Source: Podarcis gaigeae
Lineage: Eukaryota
Reading direction: 5' to 3' (one strand)
DNA: 64,000 bases
NCBI GenBank assembly: GCA_964106915.2
Contig: OZ066920.1
The notes below the pieces were generated by a model. It did not search any database. It saw only the letters and a list, made by a program, of their open reading frames with translations, and had not been told where the DNA came from. Positions 39,401-48,600 of the stretch are shown here, piece after piece. Numbering within the stretch: position 1 is the stretch's first letter; each line of letters opens with the position of its first letter. The position numbers were made by a program, and so were the translations under genes.

Positions 39401-40228
39401 GGTGGTATTTAAATTTATCTCAAAATAGTCCTTTAAAGTTTTTTGGGCCTTCTTCACAATCTCCTGATCTCTTAATAAGGTGTCATTCATTTTCCATCTG
39501 AAGGTACCGGTTGTGTTAAGTCTCAATTCCACTTTCAAAGCACTATGGTCGGAGCAGGTTTTTGGGCAGATTTCCACTTTTCTAGTCTTAGGTGCCAGTC
39601 CTCTAGTTGTCCAGATTTGGTCGATTCGTGTCCATGTCAGATGAGCTTCAGAAAAGAAAGTCCCTTCTTTCCCTAGAGGGTTCTTAACCCTCCAAATGTC
39701 CACTAAGTCCATATTGTCTGTCATTTCAAAAAAAGTTTTGGGTAGTCTGCCGTCTTTCGATATGTTAGCACTTTGTGACTTATCCATATGTACAGACACA
39801 ACCCCATTCATATCACCCAGCATAATGATGTTGCTATAGTCCAAATAATCCAGCATGGTCTCATGCAGCTTCCTGAAGAATTCCGACTTTCCCTCATTTG
39901 GAGCATATATTCCTAATATCAAAATTTTTTCTCCTTGTGTCTGTATTTCAATCGCCAAAATTCGGCCATATTCATCTTTGAATAAAAATTTCGGTGACAG
40001 GCTCTCCTTTGCGTAAATCACCACTCCTCTCTTCTTAACTTTGTCCGAAGAAATAAATTCTTGGCCTAGTCTTTTGTTAATTAACACTTTTCTATGGAGC
40101 CTTGTCACATGTGTTTCCTGTAGGCAGATAACGTCCAATTGTTCCTTTTTCAAAATGTGAAAGACTTTCCTTCTTTTTTCCGGGGAGTTTCCGCCATTTA
40201 TATTCCAACTAAGAAGCTGCAGAGACAT
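36488..40228 (-). CDS. L1 ORF2p: APE endonuclease + reverse transcriptase + CCHC knuckle (1246 aa)
   Basis: SWNING, LQETH, GDMN, RIDQIW, SDH (endonuclease); PGPDG, YRPISLLN, DAEKAFD, GTRQGCPLSP, FADD, KYLG (RT); CWKC-x8-H-x4-C. Confidence 0.96.
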   Translation of the reverse strand: MSLQLLSWNINGGNSPEKRRKVFHILKKEQLDVICLQETHVTRLHRKVLINKRLGQEFISSDKVKKRGVVIYAKESLSPKFLFKDEYGRILAIEIQTQGEKILILGIYAPNEGKSEFFRKLHETMLDYLDYSNIIMLGDMNGVVSVHMDKSQSANISKDGRLPKTFFEMTDNMDLVDIWRVKNPLGKEGTFFSEAHLTWTRIDQIWTTRGLAPKTRKVEICPKTCSDHSALKVELRLNTTGTFRWKMNDTLLRDQEIVKKAQKTLKDYFEINLNTTVEKRTIWDASKAVMRGFLIQQNTIKKRLWNEKKEKILEKIREGEKKLRSRPKSKDVLREVKFFQAQYSKLINQEVEWKIKQMKQRSFESANKCGKLLAWQLKKRQKLNTVTNLEIEGRMVQKPEEIRKCFQRYFKELYTQGPQKAPEVDQFLKTNGLQKIPLEMRTNLNCNITLQEIESAIQNLQLGKSPGPDGLTSKYYKVLKDDLIQPLMEVCNQIMEGRRAPETWKEAFITLIPKSETEKTQLKNYRPISLLNVDYKIFADILANRLKKVLNEVIHKDQAGFLPGRHLFDNTRNIIDILELLQTNLNTRAVLIFVDAEKAFDNISWMFMKKNLEGMGVGRGFENGIEAIYTEQKAKLIVNNVVTEEFNIEKGTRQGCPLSPLLFISVLEVLLNMIRKDRLVQGIEVGVKQYKLKAFADDLVLTLQEPVSSTKRVLELISDFGRVAGFKLNKQKTKVLAKNLTVTETDEFSKEMELNVVKKVKYLGVYLTSKNLNLFKDNYEKCWSEIKRDLEIWSRLKLSLLGRIAAVKMNVLPKMLFLFQALQIVDKVECFGKWQKDISKFVWQGKKPRIKFKILTDAKERGGFALPDLRLYYESAAFCWLKDWILLENTDVLDLEGFDNAFGWHAYLWYDKVKVHKLFKNHIVRRAIWRVWIKYKDLLESKTPRWLSPVEAKARKRPNMEAHWPKYWEIIEKTGDNWRLLSLEKLKTKVRDWLHYAQIQEVFKIDKKVGFQVEKSKLEIELLEPKSKLLSRMYNLLLKWNTQDETVKSAMIKWAQDVGHNIMFADWERLWNTGLKFTACTALKENIMKMVYRWYMTPVKLAKIYHLSDNKCWKCGEAEGTFFHLWWTCPKVKAFWEMIHNELKKVLRFTLPKKPEAFLLGMVDQRVLKKDRTFFMYATTAARILIAKYWKTQDLPTLEEWQSQLMDYMELAEMTGRIRDVGEETTEEDWEKFKDYLKKHYKLYEC

Positions 40229-40248
40229 CCTGAATCAGTTGACGGGTT

Positions 40249-41325
40249 CTACAATGGGGTATCTAAGCTTCCTCCCGATCCCGGGGGAGGTAATGCTGGT
40301 CCTGGTCCTGGTGGTATAACTCTTGGAGATGGTCCCGGTGGTGGTGGAGGCCAAGAAGCTGCGGCTCCTTTTTGCAGGTCCTCCTCGTGGTCGTGTAGGA
40401 ACTTCTGCTGGTCTTCAGGTGTTTTAATCTTTATTTTCCTTCCTTTGTAAGTAAATGAAAGTCCTTGTGGAAACTCCCACCTGTAAGGAATTCCGTTGTG
40501 TCTCAACAATTTGGTCAAATCTATATAGGTAGTCCTAAGTTCCAAGAGATATTTGGGTATATCTCTGTAAATTTCGGCCCTTTTACCTTCTACCTCCAAA
40601 GATTTCTTAAAATGTAGGCCTAGTATCTTATCCCTTTCTTCTCTTGATCTCAGAGCAACCAAACAGTCTCTGGGCTTATCTTTCTTTACTGATTTTCCCA
40701 GTCTAAAGGCTGTCACAATTTTAAAGTCCTTTTCTTCCTCAATTTCCCAGAATTTGGTGAACAAAAGTGTCAAAAATCCCTCTAGATTATTTTGTTCCAA
40801 TTCCGGGATAGCCCTTATCCTGAGATTACTATCTTTGCTCTTCAATTCAACCAATGCCAGGTAGGCTTGTTGTTCCCCTACCTGCCTTCTCAAAGGTCTT
40901 ACCTCTCCTTTAATTTCATCCACCTTTAAGTTCGCCTGTTCTGCTTTTTGGTTGGCTTCCACAGCTAATTTAAAGTTTTCAGCCGTAGCTCCTTGCAATT
41001 TCTCAATTGCCTGAGTGTGCTGCGAAACCTGTTCAGTTAATTTGCCAATAGAGGATGTAGCTTGGTCAATCTTTGATGTTTGATTGTCCACTTTTTGATT
41101 TAAGACTGCCAATTGTTCCAAAATTTGTTTTAAAACTGTTTCAGATCCTCCAGTTGCCATGTCTTCTGCAGCAGGCTGCACTAGTTCCACCTCCTGTGCT
41201 GTCAGCACAGTTGGGACAGATGATCTGCGATGATGAGTTAAAGTTGTTTGCAAGAGTTGCCCAGATTTTTTCTCTTTTTCTTTATCTTTAGCTTTAGCTG
41301 CTCTTGTTCTCCCTGTGCCGCTCAT
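40249..41325 (-). CDS. L1 ORF1p (358 aa from first ATG): coiled coil + RRM + CTD + Pro-rich tail
   Basis: First ATG (MSGTGR) at 41325; heptad region; NLRIRAIPE RRM start; IYRDIP and YRWEFP CTD motifs; immediately upstream of ORF2. Confidence 0.9.
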   Translation of the reverse strand: MSGTGRTRAAKAKDKEKEKKSGQLLQTTLTHHRRSSVPTVLTAQEVELVQPAAEDMATGGSETVLKQILEQLAVLNQKVDNQTSKIDQATSSIGKLTEQVSQHTQAIEKLQGATAENFKLAVEANQKAEQANLKVDEIKGEVRPLRRQVGEQQAYLALVELKSKDSNLRIRAIPELEQNNLEGFLTLLFTKFWEIEEEKDFKIVTAFRLGKSVKKDKPRDCLVALRSREERDKILGLHFKKSLEVEGKRAEIYRDIPKYLLELRTTYIDLTKLLRHNGIPYRWEFPQGLSFTYKGRKIKIKTPEDQQKFLHDHEEDLQKGAAASWPPPPPGPSPRVIPPGPGPALPPPGSGGSLDTPL

Positions 41326-42968
41326 TCCACACCTGCCTCTGTTCAAGGTCAAATGGTCTTTTGTCCCATGAGAAAAACAAGTCCCAAATATAAATAAAAA
41401 AACCACAAAAGGTTTCAATAAAGCTCAGTTCCCATGCAACTATGTTTCCACAGTCCTATAGGGGGAGTACTCCAAAGCTTCGAAAAAGAAAGGAACTATT
41501 TTCCGCCATTGAAGTTCCTCAATTCCCCATATTGAGATTAGTAATTCCCAAACACGAAAGGAAGGTTTCCAGGACTTCTAGTCTTTTAAAATCCAGCCAT
41601 AAAGTATCAATACAGGTCCATGTAACAATGTTTAATATTAGTATCTCAGTCTATGCAACAATTTCGATCTCTGCAACAATGTCGTCAGTTTGACAGCAGT
41701 TTGACAGTTCTTTTTCTATGCACTGGCAGCCCGGTGACGGGGTTATCTCTTTCAGCCCCGTTTAGCCCAGAAATTGGAGGATAATTCTAACGAATAAAAG
41801 TCTATACAACCCACAGTTCTTTCCTTTTTGGCTTCAAAATACAGAGTCTCTCAATGCACCCTTTCTTCCACTTTAACAATCCCTTTTTAAATACTTCAGC
41901 TCGTTTCCGAGCCCTTGCTTTGATCTAATTAGCAGAGTCGGGAGGCGGACTTCCTGTTACTCGCCTCCCGCTTTCGGCCGAATTTCTTCAATTAAGTTGG
42001 AAAATTTAGGACCCTTACTCACGGGTATGTTGCTCCAATTCCGATAATTTCAAGAAGAAAGGTCAGCGCTCATCAGCAGCAGCAGCGCGGCTTTGCTTCC
42101 ACGAAAAGAGCGATGAACTCACAGCGCCGCTCCCCCTTTCATGTTCCGGAGCCTCTTACGAGGCTCCTTCCCCGCTTCTGGGGGGGCTCCAGGCGCCCGC
42201 CGAGTCCCACGGCCGCAGGCTCACTCTGCCTGCGGTTTTTCTTGATGGGTCTCCGCTTTGCCGCAGCGGACGACCCTTTTTCGCGGAGCCCCTCTTCACA
42301 GCGCAAAGAGGACCGCCATTGCTGTTTCGCGCCGCCTCCGGAAGTCTCAAATTTATTGCCAGTTCACCAATGAGAAACTAAAACTATCAATACAATAAAG
42401 GCTAATCAACCTATTGTCTATTTTATTGTATGAGTCTTATCCAAGAAACCATGAACTTTAGAGAGAGAGAAACAGAGATATTCTGAGTTGCGTTGCATGT
42501 CATGCTTCTGGTTGTTTTACTCACATGTGAAATAGCATTTTGAAAAACTGTTGGCAGAATCTGAAACTTTGGGAAATGATCTTTAAAATGATATATGAAA
42601 ATTAAAAAAATGGGTTTGTAGGTTGACATTTTCATGGAATTACGGTTGGGGTGCATCAACAGGAGAAGACCAAAACATTCATGCTCTGCTGTTTGTTTCC
42701 CATAGGCACTGAGCAGGGCTCTGCTCATGTTATTCCGTAGTTTGTTACACTATGGTTAGTCCCATGTTCATTTTTTCAGTGGAGGGCAAATGACTAAGTC
42801 TTCAAATGACCCAGTTGTGGTTTCAGAACTGTAGGAAGAATTGTTTGGTGTTGCTCTATGTTGCTCCTGAATCTTTTTCACATGCCCATCTTCAACACAC
42901 AATTTCAAAACCAGAAGGAGCAGTTTGATGTTTGCACACCCCATTTAGTCTTTGCATACCTTCACAGA

Positions 42969-43290
42969 CAGGGCCAGATTTAGGTTTGATGAGGCCCTAA
43001 GCTACTGAAGGTAATGGGGCCCTTTACATGTCCAGCTGTCCTTTGTCAACAACAAACCGTCACTGTTTTTGTGTGTTGAATATATGCTATATGGTAATTT
43101 ATGGACCTAATAGGCATCTAAAGCCATTTGCACATAACAAAATATGTATTTTATCACAGTAATTGTTGAACTGAAAGAGAAGAAGTATATTAATAGTGAA
43201 ATAAAATTAAAAAGAAGTATATTTGGGGGGGGGCAAGAGAATGGGGCCCTAAGCTATGGCTTGTTTAGCTTATACATAAATCCAGCACTG
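42969..43290. mobile_element. hAT-type MITE
   Basis: TIR cagggccagattta...taaatccagcactg; 8-bp TSD ttcacaga/ctcacaga. Confidence 0.7.
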
Positions 43291-44043
43291 CTCACAGATA
43301 ATATTTCATTAAGGATGGGCTCCCAAAATACAAACAATTCATTCAAAGTGAAAAGGTGGCAAGTTCTGTTTATGTGTGGAGGCAGGTACTGAACTTGGGA
43401 GAGCTGGCACATGCTAGTAGCAGGACTAGGAGTGGAGAAGCCTGTATTTAAGATTTCCAATACCTATCAAGCTCATTGGGTAGCCTCAGCCCAACCTACA
43501 TCAAAGGGTTGATGGGAGGATAAAATGGATGGGGAGAACTGCCGTTCACCATCCTGAGCATCTTGAAACGTAAACGTAAATAAATGACAGCGTATCCAGA
43601 TAATGCCAAATTGTAAAATACTTGTTATTCTGATCTTTTTTTCTTCAACTGATAAACTTATTTCTCTTCCATTGCTACTGGCTGCCAATATTTCCCCCTT
43701 TGGGTGAAATAACCGACAGCAAGAGGGCTGTGATTACCTCTAGTTACTCTTTTACCTGTACAGAAGATTTCCGCCTGCAAGTCCTCCTAGCTGAACTAGG
43801 CTCCACTGCAGCTTCGCGGTTTCCCAGCCCAGGGAACAAAGTCCTTCCTTGCCGACTCCTTAGCTGGGGACTCACAACACTCCGGGATTTATTCCCGGGT
43901 GATTTCCACGTCCCGCAGCTCTGCTCCGAATCAGCAGGTACCAGTTCAAGAGCAACTTTTCTGAAGGAGCTGAAATACGTTTCTTTCCACAAGGTAATTT
44001 GTATTTCTTTTGGAGGCAAGCGAAGGCGCCATAGTACTTGATA

Positions 44044-44046
<3 letters not shown>

Positions 44047-44084
<38 letters not shown>
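44047..44084 (+). repeat. (TC)n microsatellite
   Basis: Direct reading. Confidence 0.95.
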
Positions 44085-44088
<4 letters not shown>

Positions 44089-44105
44089 GGTTGCTAATTT
44101 TTATT

Positions 44106-44184
44106 GAAGACAGGAGTGCCTGGCGTCCTCTGGTCTATGGAGTCACGAAGAGTCGGACACGACTAAACGACTAAACAACAACAA
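44106..44184 (+). mobile_element. RTE-BovB LINE 3' terminal fragment
   Basis: gacagg..gcctggcgt...tggagtcacgaagagtcggacacgactaaacgactaaac followed by a (CAA)n tail is the BovB 3' end. Confidence 0.85.
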
Positions 44185-44387
44185 AACTTTATTATCCTTT
44201 TACTGACGCCTTTCCCCCCTTTTGCATCTTCTAAGGTGCTGCTTGTCTGTGTAGGAATTTCCTAAAGGCAAACATTCTCACAAAACTAGCAAGCAAACCA
44301 GCCCCTGCCCTAAGCGGAAGTTCCTAAATCCCATGGGGCTTATGGCTCTCCAGAAATGTCCCATCCCTAATTGTCATTTGCTTGGGT

Positions 44388-44640
44388 TACAGATAGGTAG
44401 CCGTGTTGGTCTGCCATAGTCAAAACAAAAAAAAATCCTTCCAGTAGCACCTTAAAGACCAACTAAGTCAGTTCTTGGTATGAGCTTTCGTGTGCATGCA
44501 CACTTCTTCAGATACAGTAAAAGGATAATAAAGTTTTGTTGTTGTTTAGTATCTGAAGAAGTGTGCATGCACACGAAAGCTCATACCAAGAACTGACTTA
44601 GTTGGTCTTTAAGGTGCTACTGGAAGGAATGTTTTTTGTT
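44388..44640. mobile_element. Penelope-like element remnant: inverted pair of terminal repeats
   Basis: ~95-bp inverted arms 44421-44515 and 44549-44643; 17-bp direct flank ttgtcatttgcttgggt at 44371-44387 and 44641-44657; minus-strand end cagaccaacacggctacc resembles reptile Penelope termini. Confidence 0.75.
44549..44586 (+). ncRNA. Minimal type-I hammerhead ribozyme motif (Penelope-associated); mirror copy on minus strand 44478-44515
   Basis: GUAU-CUGAAGA-A-[GUGUGC au GCACAC]-GAA-AGCU-C^-AUAC: conserved core boxes, stem II hairpin, palindromic AGCU helix III, stem I GUAU/AUAC. Confidence 0.65.
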
Positions 44641-45325
44641 TTGTCATTTGCTTGGGTGGGTATTTAATTCCAGCCAATAAGAGAGGTATATGCAAATTAA
44701 TAGGGGGTGTCGTTATCTGAGCTTTTTCCGGGGAGGGGGCACGGATCACGTTGTCTCTGCAGCTCAAGCTTTGTGACAGTAGGCAATTCCATTCTCACCG
44801 GGGGAGGGAAGGAGTTGTAATAGTCAGATTTTGTTTTAAATTGGGGCGCACTTTTTTGGAAAAAATACACTTGGGCGAAGTGAATCCTTTTGTTCCTTCG
44901 TCTGCATTTGTTATCGCTGAATAGCAACTGGAGGCGTCATTTCACGAGGTGATAGTGACTCACGTCTTGTAACACTTGTTTATGAAGTTGGTTTTGTATT
45001 TAGTTCGTTGAATTTCTTCTTAAAATCCAGATATATATATTAAATTTGGGGAAAGTGTTGTGTGCACTGCAGTGCAGGGGGAGAAATACAGCATTCAGAA
45101 GCATTGTGTGCAATAATATTTACAGCAGGGTCCAAATGTTCATCTTTTGATATGGTCAGGATTAGATTACAAAACGTCTAGTATGTTTCATGATGGTGTT
45201 TAGTTTTTTTCCTTTATGTAAGACACTAATTAGTGTTTCTCAACAGAATTTATACTAAGAACACTCCATTCTTGCTAATGCATCAGTAGTGGTATAGATT
45301 ACCTGGACTCCCTTGGGAGGAAGGG

Positions 45326-45326
<1 letters not shown>

Positions 45327-45366
<40 letters not shown>
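45327..45366 (+). repeat. (AAT)n microsatellite, probable tail of a decayed L2 end
   Basis: Direct reading; preceded by gaagggtat. Confidence 0.9.
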
Positions 45367-45368
<2 letters not shown>

Positions 45369-45683
45369 GTGAAAGCCTTGAACCTTGATGGGCACTTCCA
45401 CCTTGATCTTATTCGCCTTTACTCAGAATTAAGCCCTGCTAAATTCAGTTGGATTTACTCCCAAATTAAATCTGCATAGATTACACAATTTTGGACTGAA
45501 TGCTTTGGAATGCTAATTAGCAGTCTTGGATATCCCCGCCCTTATTGTATAAAGGAACCACCCTGTTAATCACAATGAACTAGATAAAAACAATAATCTG
45601 AAGAGAAACACTGCTGTCTTCACATTAGTTTTAAAAAATGAGTTTTGATATATAAATTCTTTTTTCTATACTGTATACAGACC

Positions 45684-48600
45684 ATGGAAGAGAACGAGCA
45701 TCCATATACACTGATAAATGTTATAGGAGGCACAAATGGAGTATATGAAGACCATGTGGAGTTTCTGGAGAAACATTTTAAGCTCATTACCATGAAGGAA
45801 TTTACTGAAAACAAGCAAAATCTTAGTCATAAAATCAAAGCAATTTTTATGTGGTTTCACAAACCAGTGGTTGACAGGGATCTCCTGCAAAGCTTGCCTA
45901 ATTTAAAGGTGATTGCAAACTGTGGCGTAGGCGTGGATCACTTGGACCTAAAACTGATCTCCAGCTTTGGCGTGAAAGTAGCAAACACCCCATTTGCAGT
46001 TTCCAGTCCTACAGCAGACTTGGGGATGGCTTTGATGCTGGCTTCTGCCAGGAGGATTGTGGAAGGTACACTTTAGCTTTCCAATTAACTTGCTTTAAAA
46101 CATGGTGTGAATGAAACTGATTGTGTACGGGTTGCTGTGCTTAAAAGTCATAGAGTGATCAGATAAAGGAAATTATTAAATGCTGTTTGTTGATAAAAAT
46201 TTCCAAACAAATCCTCCCTAGAAAACATATTTGGTCTTACAAAACACCTGCCCTGTAATTACAGTCTATTGGATTTTGCAAACTATTTCTTGGACGAGGA
46301 AGTTTTTTTCTCATGTTCTACAAGCACTTGATTATATAGGCCTATAAACAGAATTAGGCATGTGCAGAGAGGTCTATCTGTAAAATGTCTATATAGTCAG
46401 CAGAATGTCTGTATAGGTTGGAGAATGCCTTGTTGAACTAGCAAACTCATGGATAAACCTGTTCTACATTTCCAATATACATAAAATATATTGCCTAGCT
46501 GGTGAATACTGAAAGTGGGTCACAGATAATTGCACTCCCACAGATGTTTGATTTTGATCCACTCGCACAGGTATCTTTTGAAGGATGTGATGACATCCTG
46601 CTGCTGGTAGAACTATATCTTCATATCTGTTAATTTTATATATTTATACTACGTTCCAGCTCAGATTAAGAACTCCCACAGGCAAGTTCACAACAGTCCA
46701 TGTCTTAGTTCGAAAAATCAGAGAGCAGTGAAAGACAAAGTAAAATGTTTAGAACAAAAATAATAGCTAGCAAGATTAAAACACACTGGTATCATGACAT
46801 AATAAAAATGTCTTAATTGTCAAAAAGAGGAGGGGGACAGATAAACAGCCCTAGGGAGAGATTTCCATAATTGGGGTTCTGTCAATGAAAAGGCCCTACC
46901 CCAAACATCCCCACCAATCACTCCTCGGATGAGTATAACTGTATATTTGGGCAAAAAAGGTGTGTGTCTTCAAGGAAGATTTGGGACCTGGTATGTAGTA
47001 TTTTAGAAATCAAAGCAGTTGTTGTTCAAATACAGCTCAGAGCTCTTAAAACCAGAGCAAGTTGGGATGGGCATCACACCGTATGTTTGTTAGCTGATCT
47101 CCTAAAACACTGCAAACCCTCATTTTCTTTTGTCTGTCTGAATTTCTAGGTCATCAGATTGCAGTTTCTCCTGACACTAAATGTTTTATGGCTGACTGGT
47201 TAGGAGAAGAAATTAACGGTGCAACGCTGGGGATCATTGGAATGGGCGCTATTGGGTACAAAGTGGCCCAGAGAGCCAGAGCTTTTGAAATGAACATTCT
47301 TTATCATAATAGGAACCGGAGGTAAACCTCTGCCTGATCTCGGTGTTTTAATCTGATTTTACCCACCTGATAACTTCAGCATTTATTTTGTCACTGTTTG
47401 CATAAATCCATTGTGCTTTAACTGAGTTTCCCTGGACTGCCTAAACATTTACTGTGAATGTTAATAGAGTACCTATTAAACAAGGCCTACTTCTCTGAGA
47501 AGTGACAAGGTCATGAGTAGGAATAGAAAGATCTGTCAATTTCCATTCTTTCAGTTTTTCAATCTTACATTTGGTTCTCTATATCTCTGCAACAATTGGG
47601 GAATTATTATTTTTTAATTTTCCTCATGAGAATTCATCAGTATTATAATGCAAATTTTCCCAGGTGAAGACATTTTGGATTAAAGTACACATTTCTGCAA
47701 GCAATTTTTCCTAACACAATGCATTTTTAATGTTAGTTTAACTAATACATTCAGTTTTATTCACACTTTCTCCTAATATATTCAATTTTGCTAACATTGT
47801 TTGTGCATTGCACAATTCAGACAAGTACAGATTTCCAAGGATAGCTGTATTTTCATTTCACCAATCCTTTCTAATATCTCCTTGTCTGGTCACTGGCTGG
47901 TCTTACTTAGGTTTGATTTCTTTTGGAAGGAGAGGTCCCTGGGGACTTAAGGTGTTTTGGTAATATCTGGGTTTGTTTACAAATATAAAATGTGATCGTA
48001 GGTGGAAGCAGATAGCACAGGATTCCTACAAGCAGAAAATCCACTGCTGCCCCATCTAACCTCCATAGGGAATAAGTATTCCCAAATGCTTTTTTTACTT
48101 GCAGCTTGGCTGTTTTACTGTCCCCCCACCCCCGCCTCCAAAATCCTGCCTTTTTACACACACCTTAGCTGGGAGGAGGAAGAAGAAATAGCACTTACCC
48201 CGCCCCCCGGCTCTGATGGATTTCACATTCCTCATAAATTTCTGTTTTGTATCCCTGAGTGCTGATTGTGACTCGGAGACAGTCTTGCGACCTTCCTTCT
48301 CCAAAAAAGGATGTACAGTGGTGCCTCGCAGGACGAAAATAATTTGTTCCGCGAGTCTTTTTGTCTTGCGATGTTTTTTGTCTTGCGAAGCACGGTCCGT
48401 CGCAACTGCGCCTCTTTAAGCAGCTTTAGGGGAAAAGCGAACAAACTCGCAAGACGTTTTCGTCTTGCGAAGCAAGCCCATAGGGAAATTCATCTTGCGA
48501 AGCAACGCAAAAATCGAAAAACCCTTTCGTCTTGCGGGTTTTTCGTTTTGCAAGGCATTCGTTTTGCGGGGCACCACTGTATATAGCTGGTACACTAGCT

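Larger units (their letters stand above)
36101..42348 (-). mobile_element. Full-length L1 (LINE-1 clade) non-LTR retrotransposon, 6248 bp
   Basis: Perfect 18-bp TSD aaatttattgccagttca at 36083-36100 and 42349-42366; poly(A) tail 36101-36120 with AATAAA at 36129-36134 (minus); ~1 kb 5' UTR with a CpG-rich head; intact ORF1 and ORF2 separated by 20 nt. Confidence 0.96.

Noticed and set aside
41326-41418. 31-aa signal-peptide-like N-terminus of the 389-aa ORF1 call
   Set aside because: Begins at TTG in T-rich 5' UTR; the first ATG at 41325 is the more plausible start
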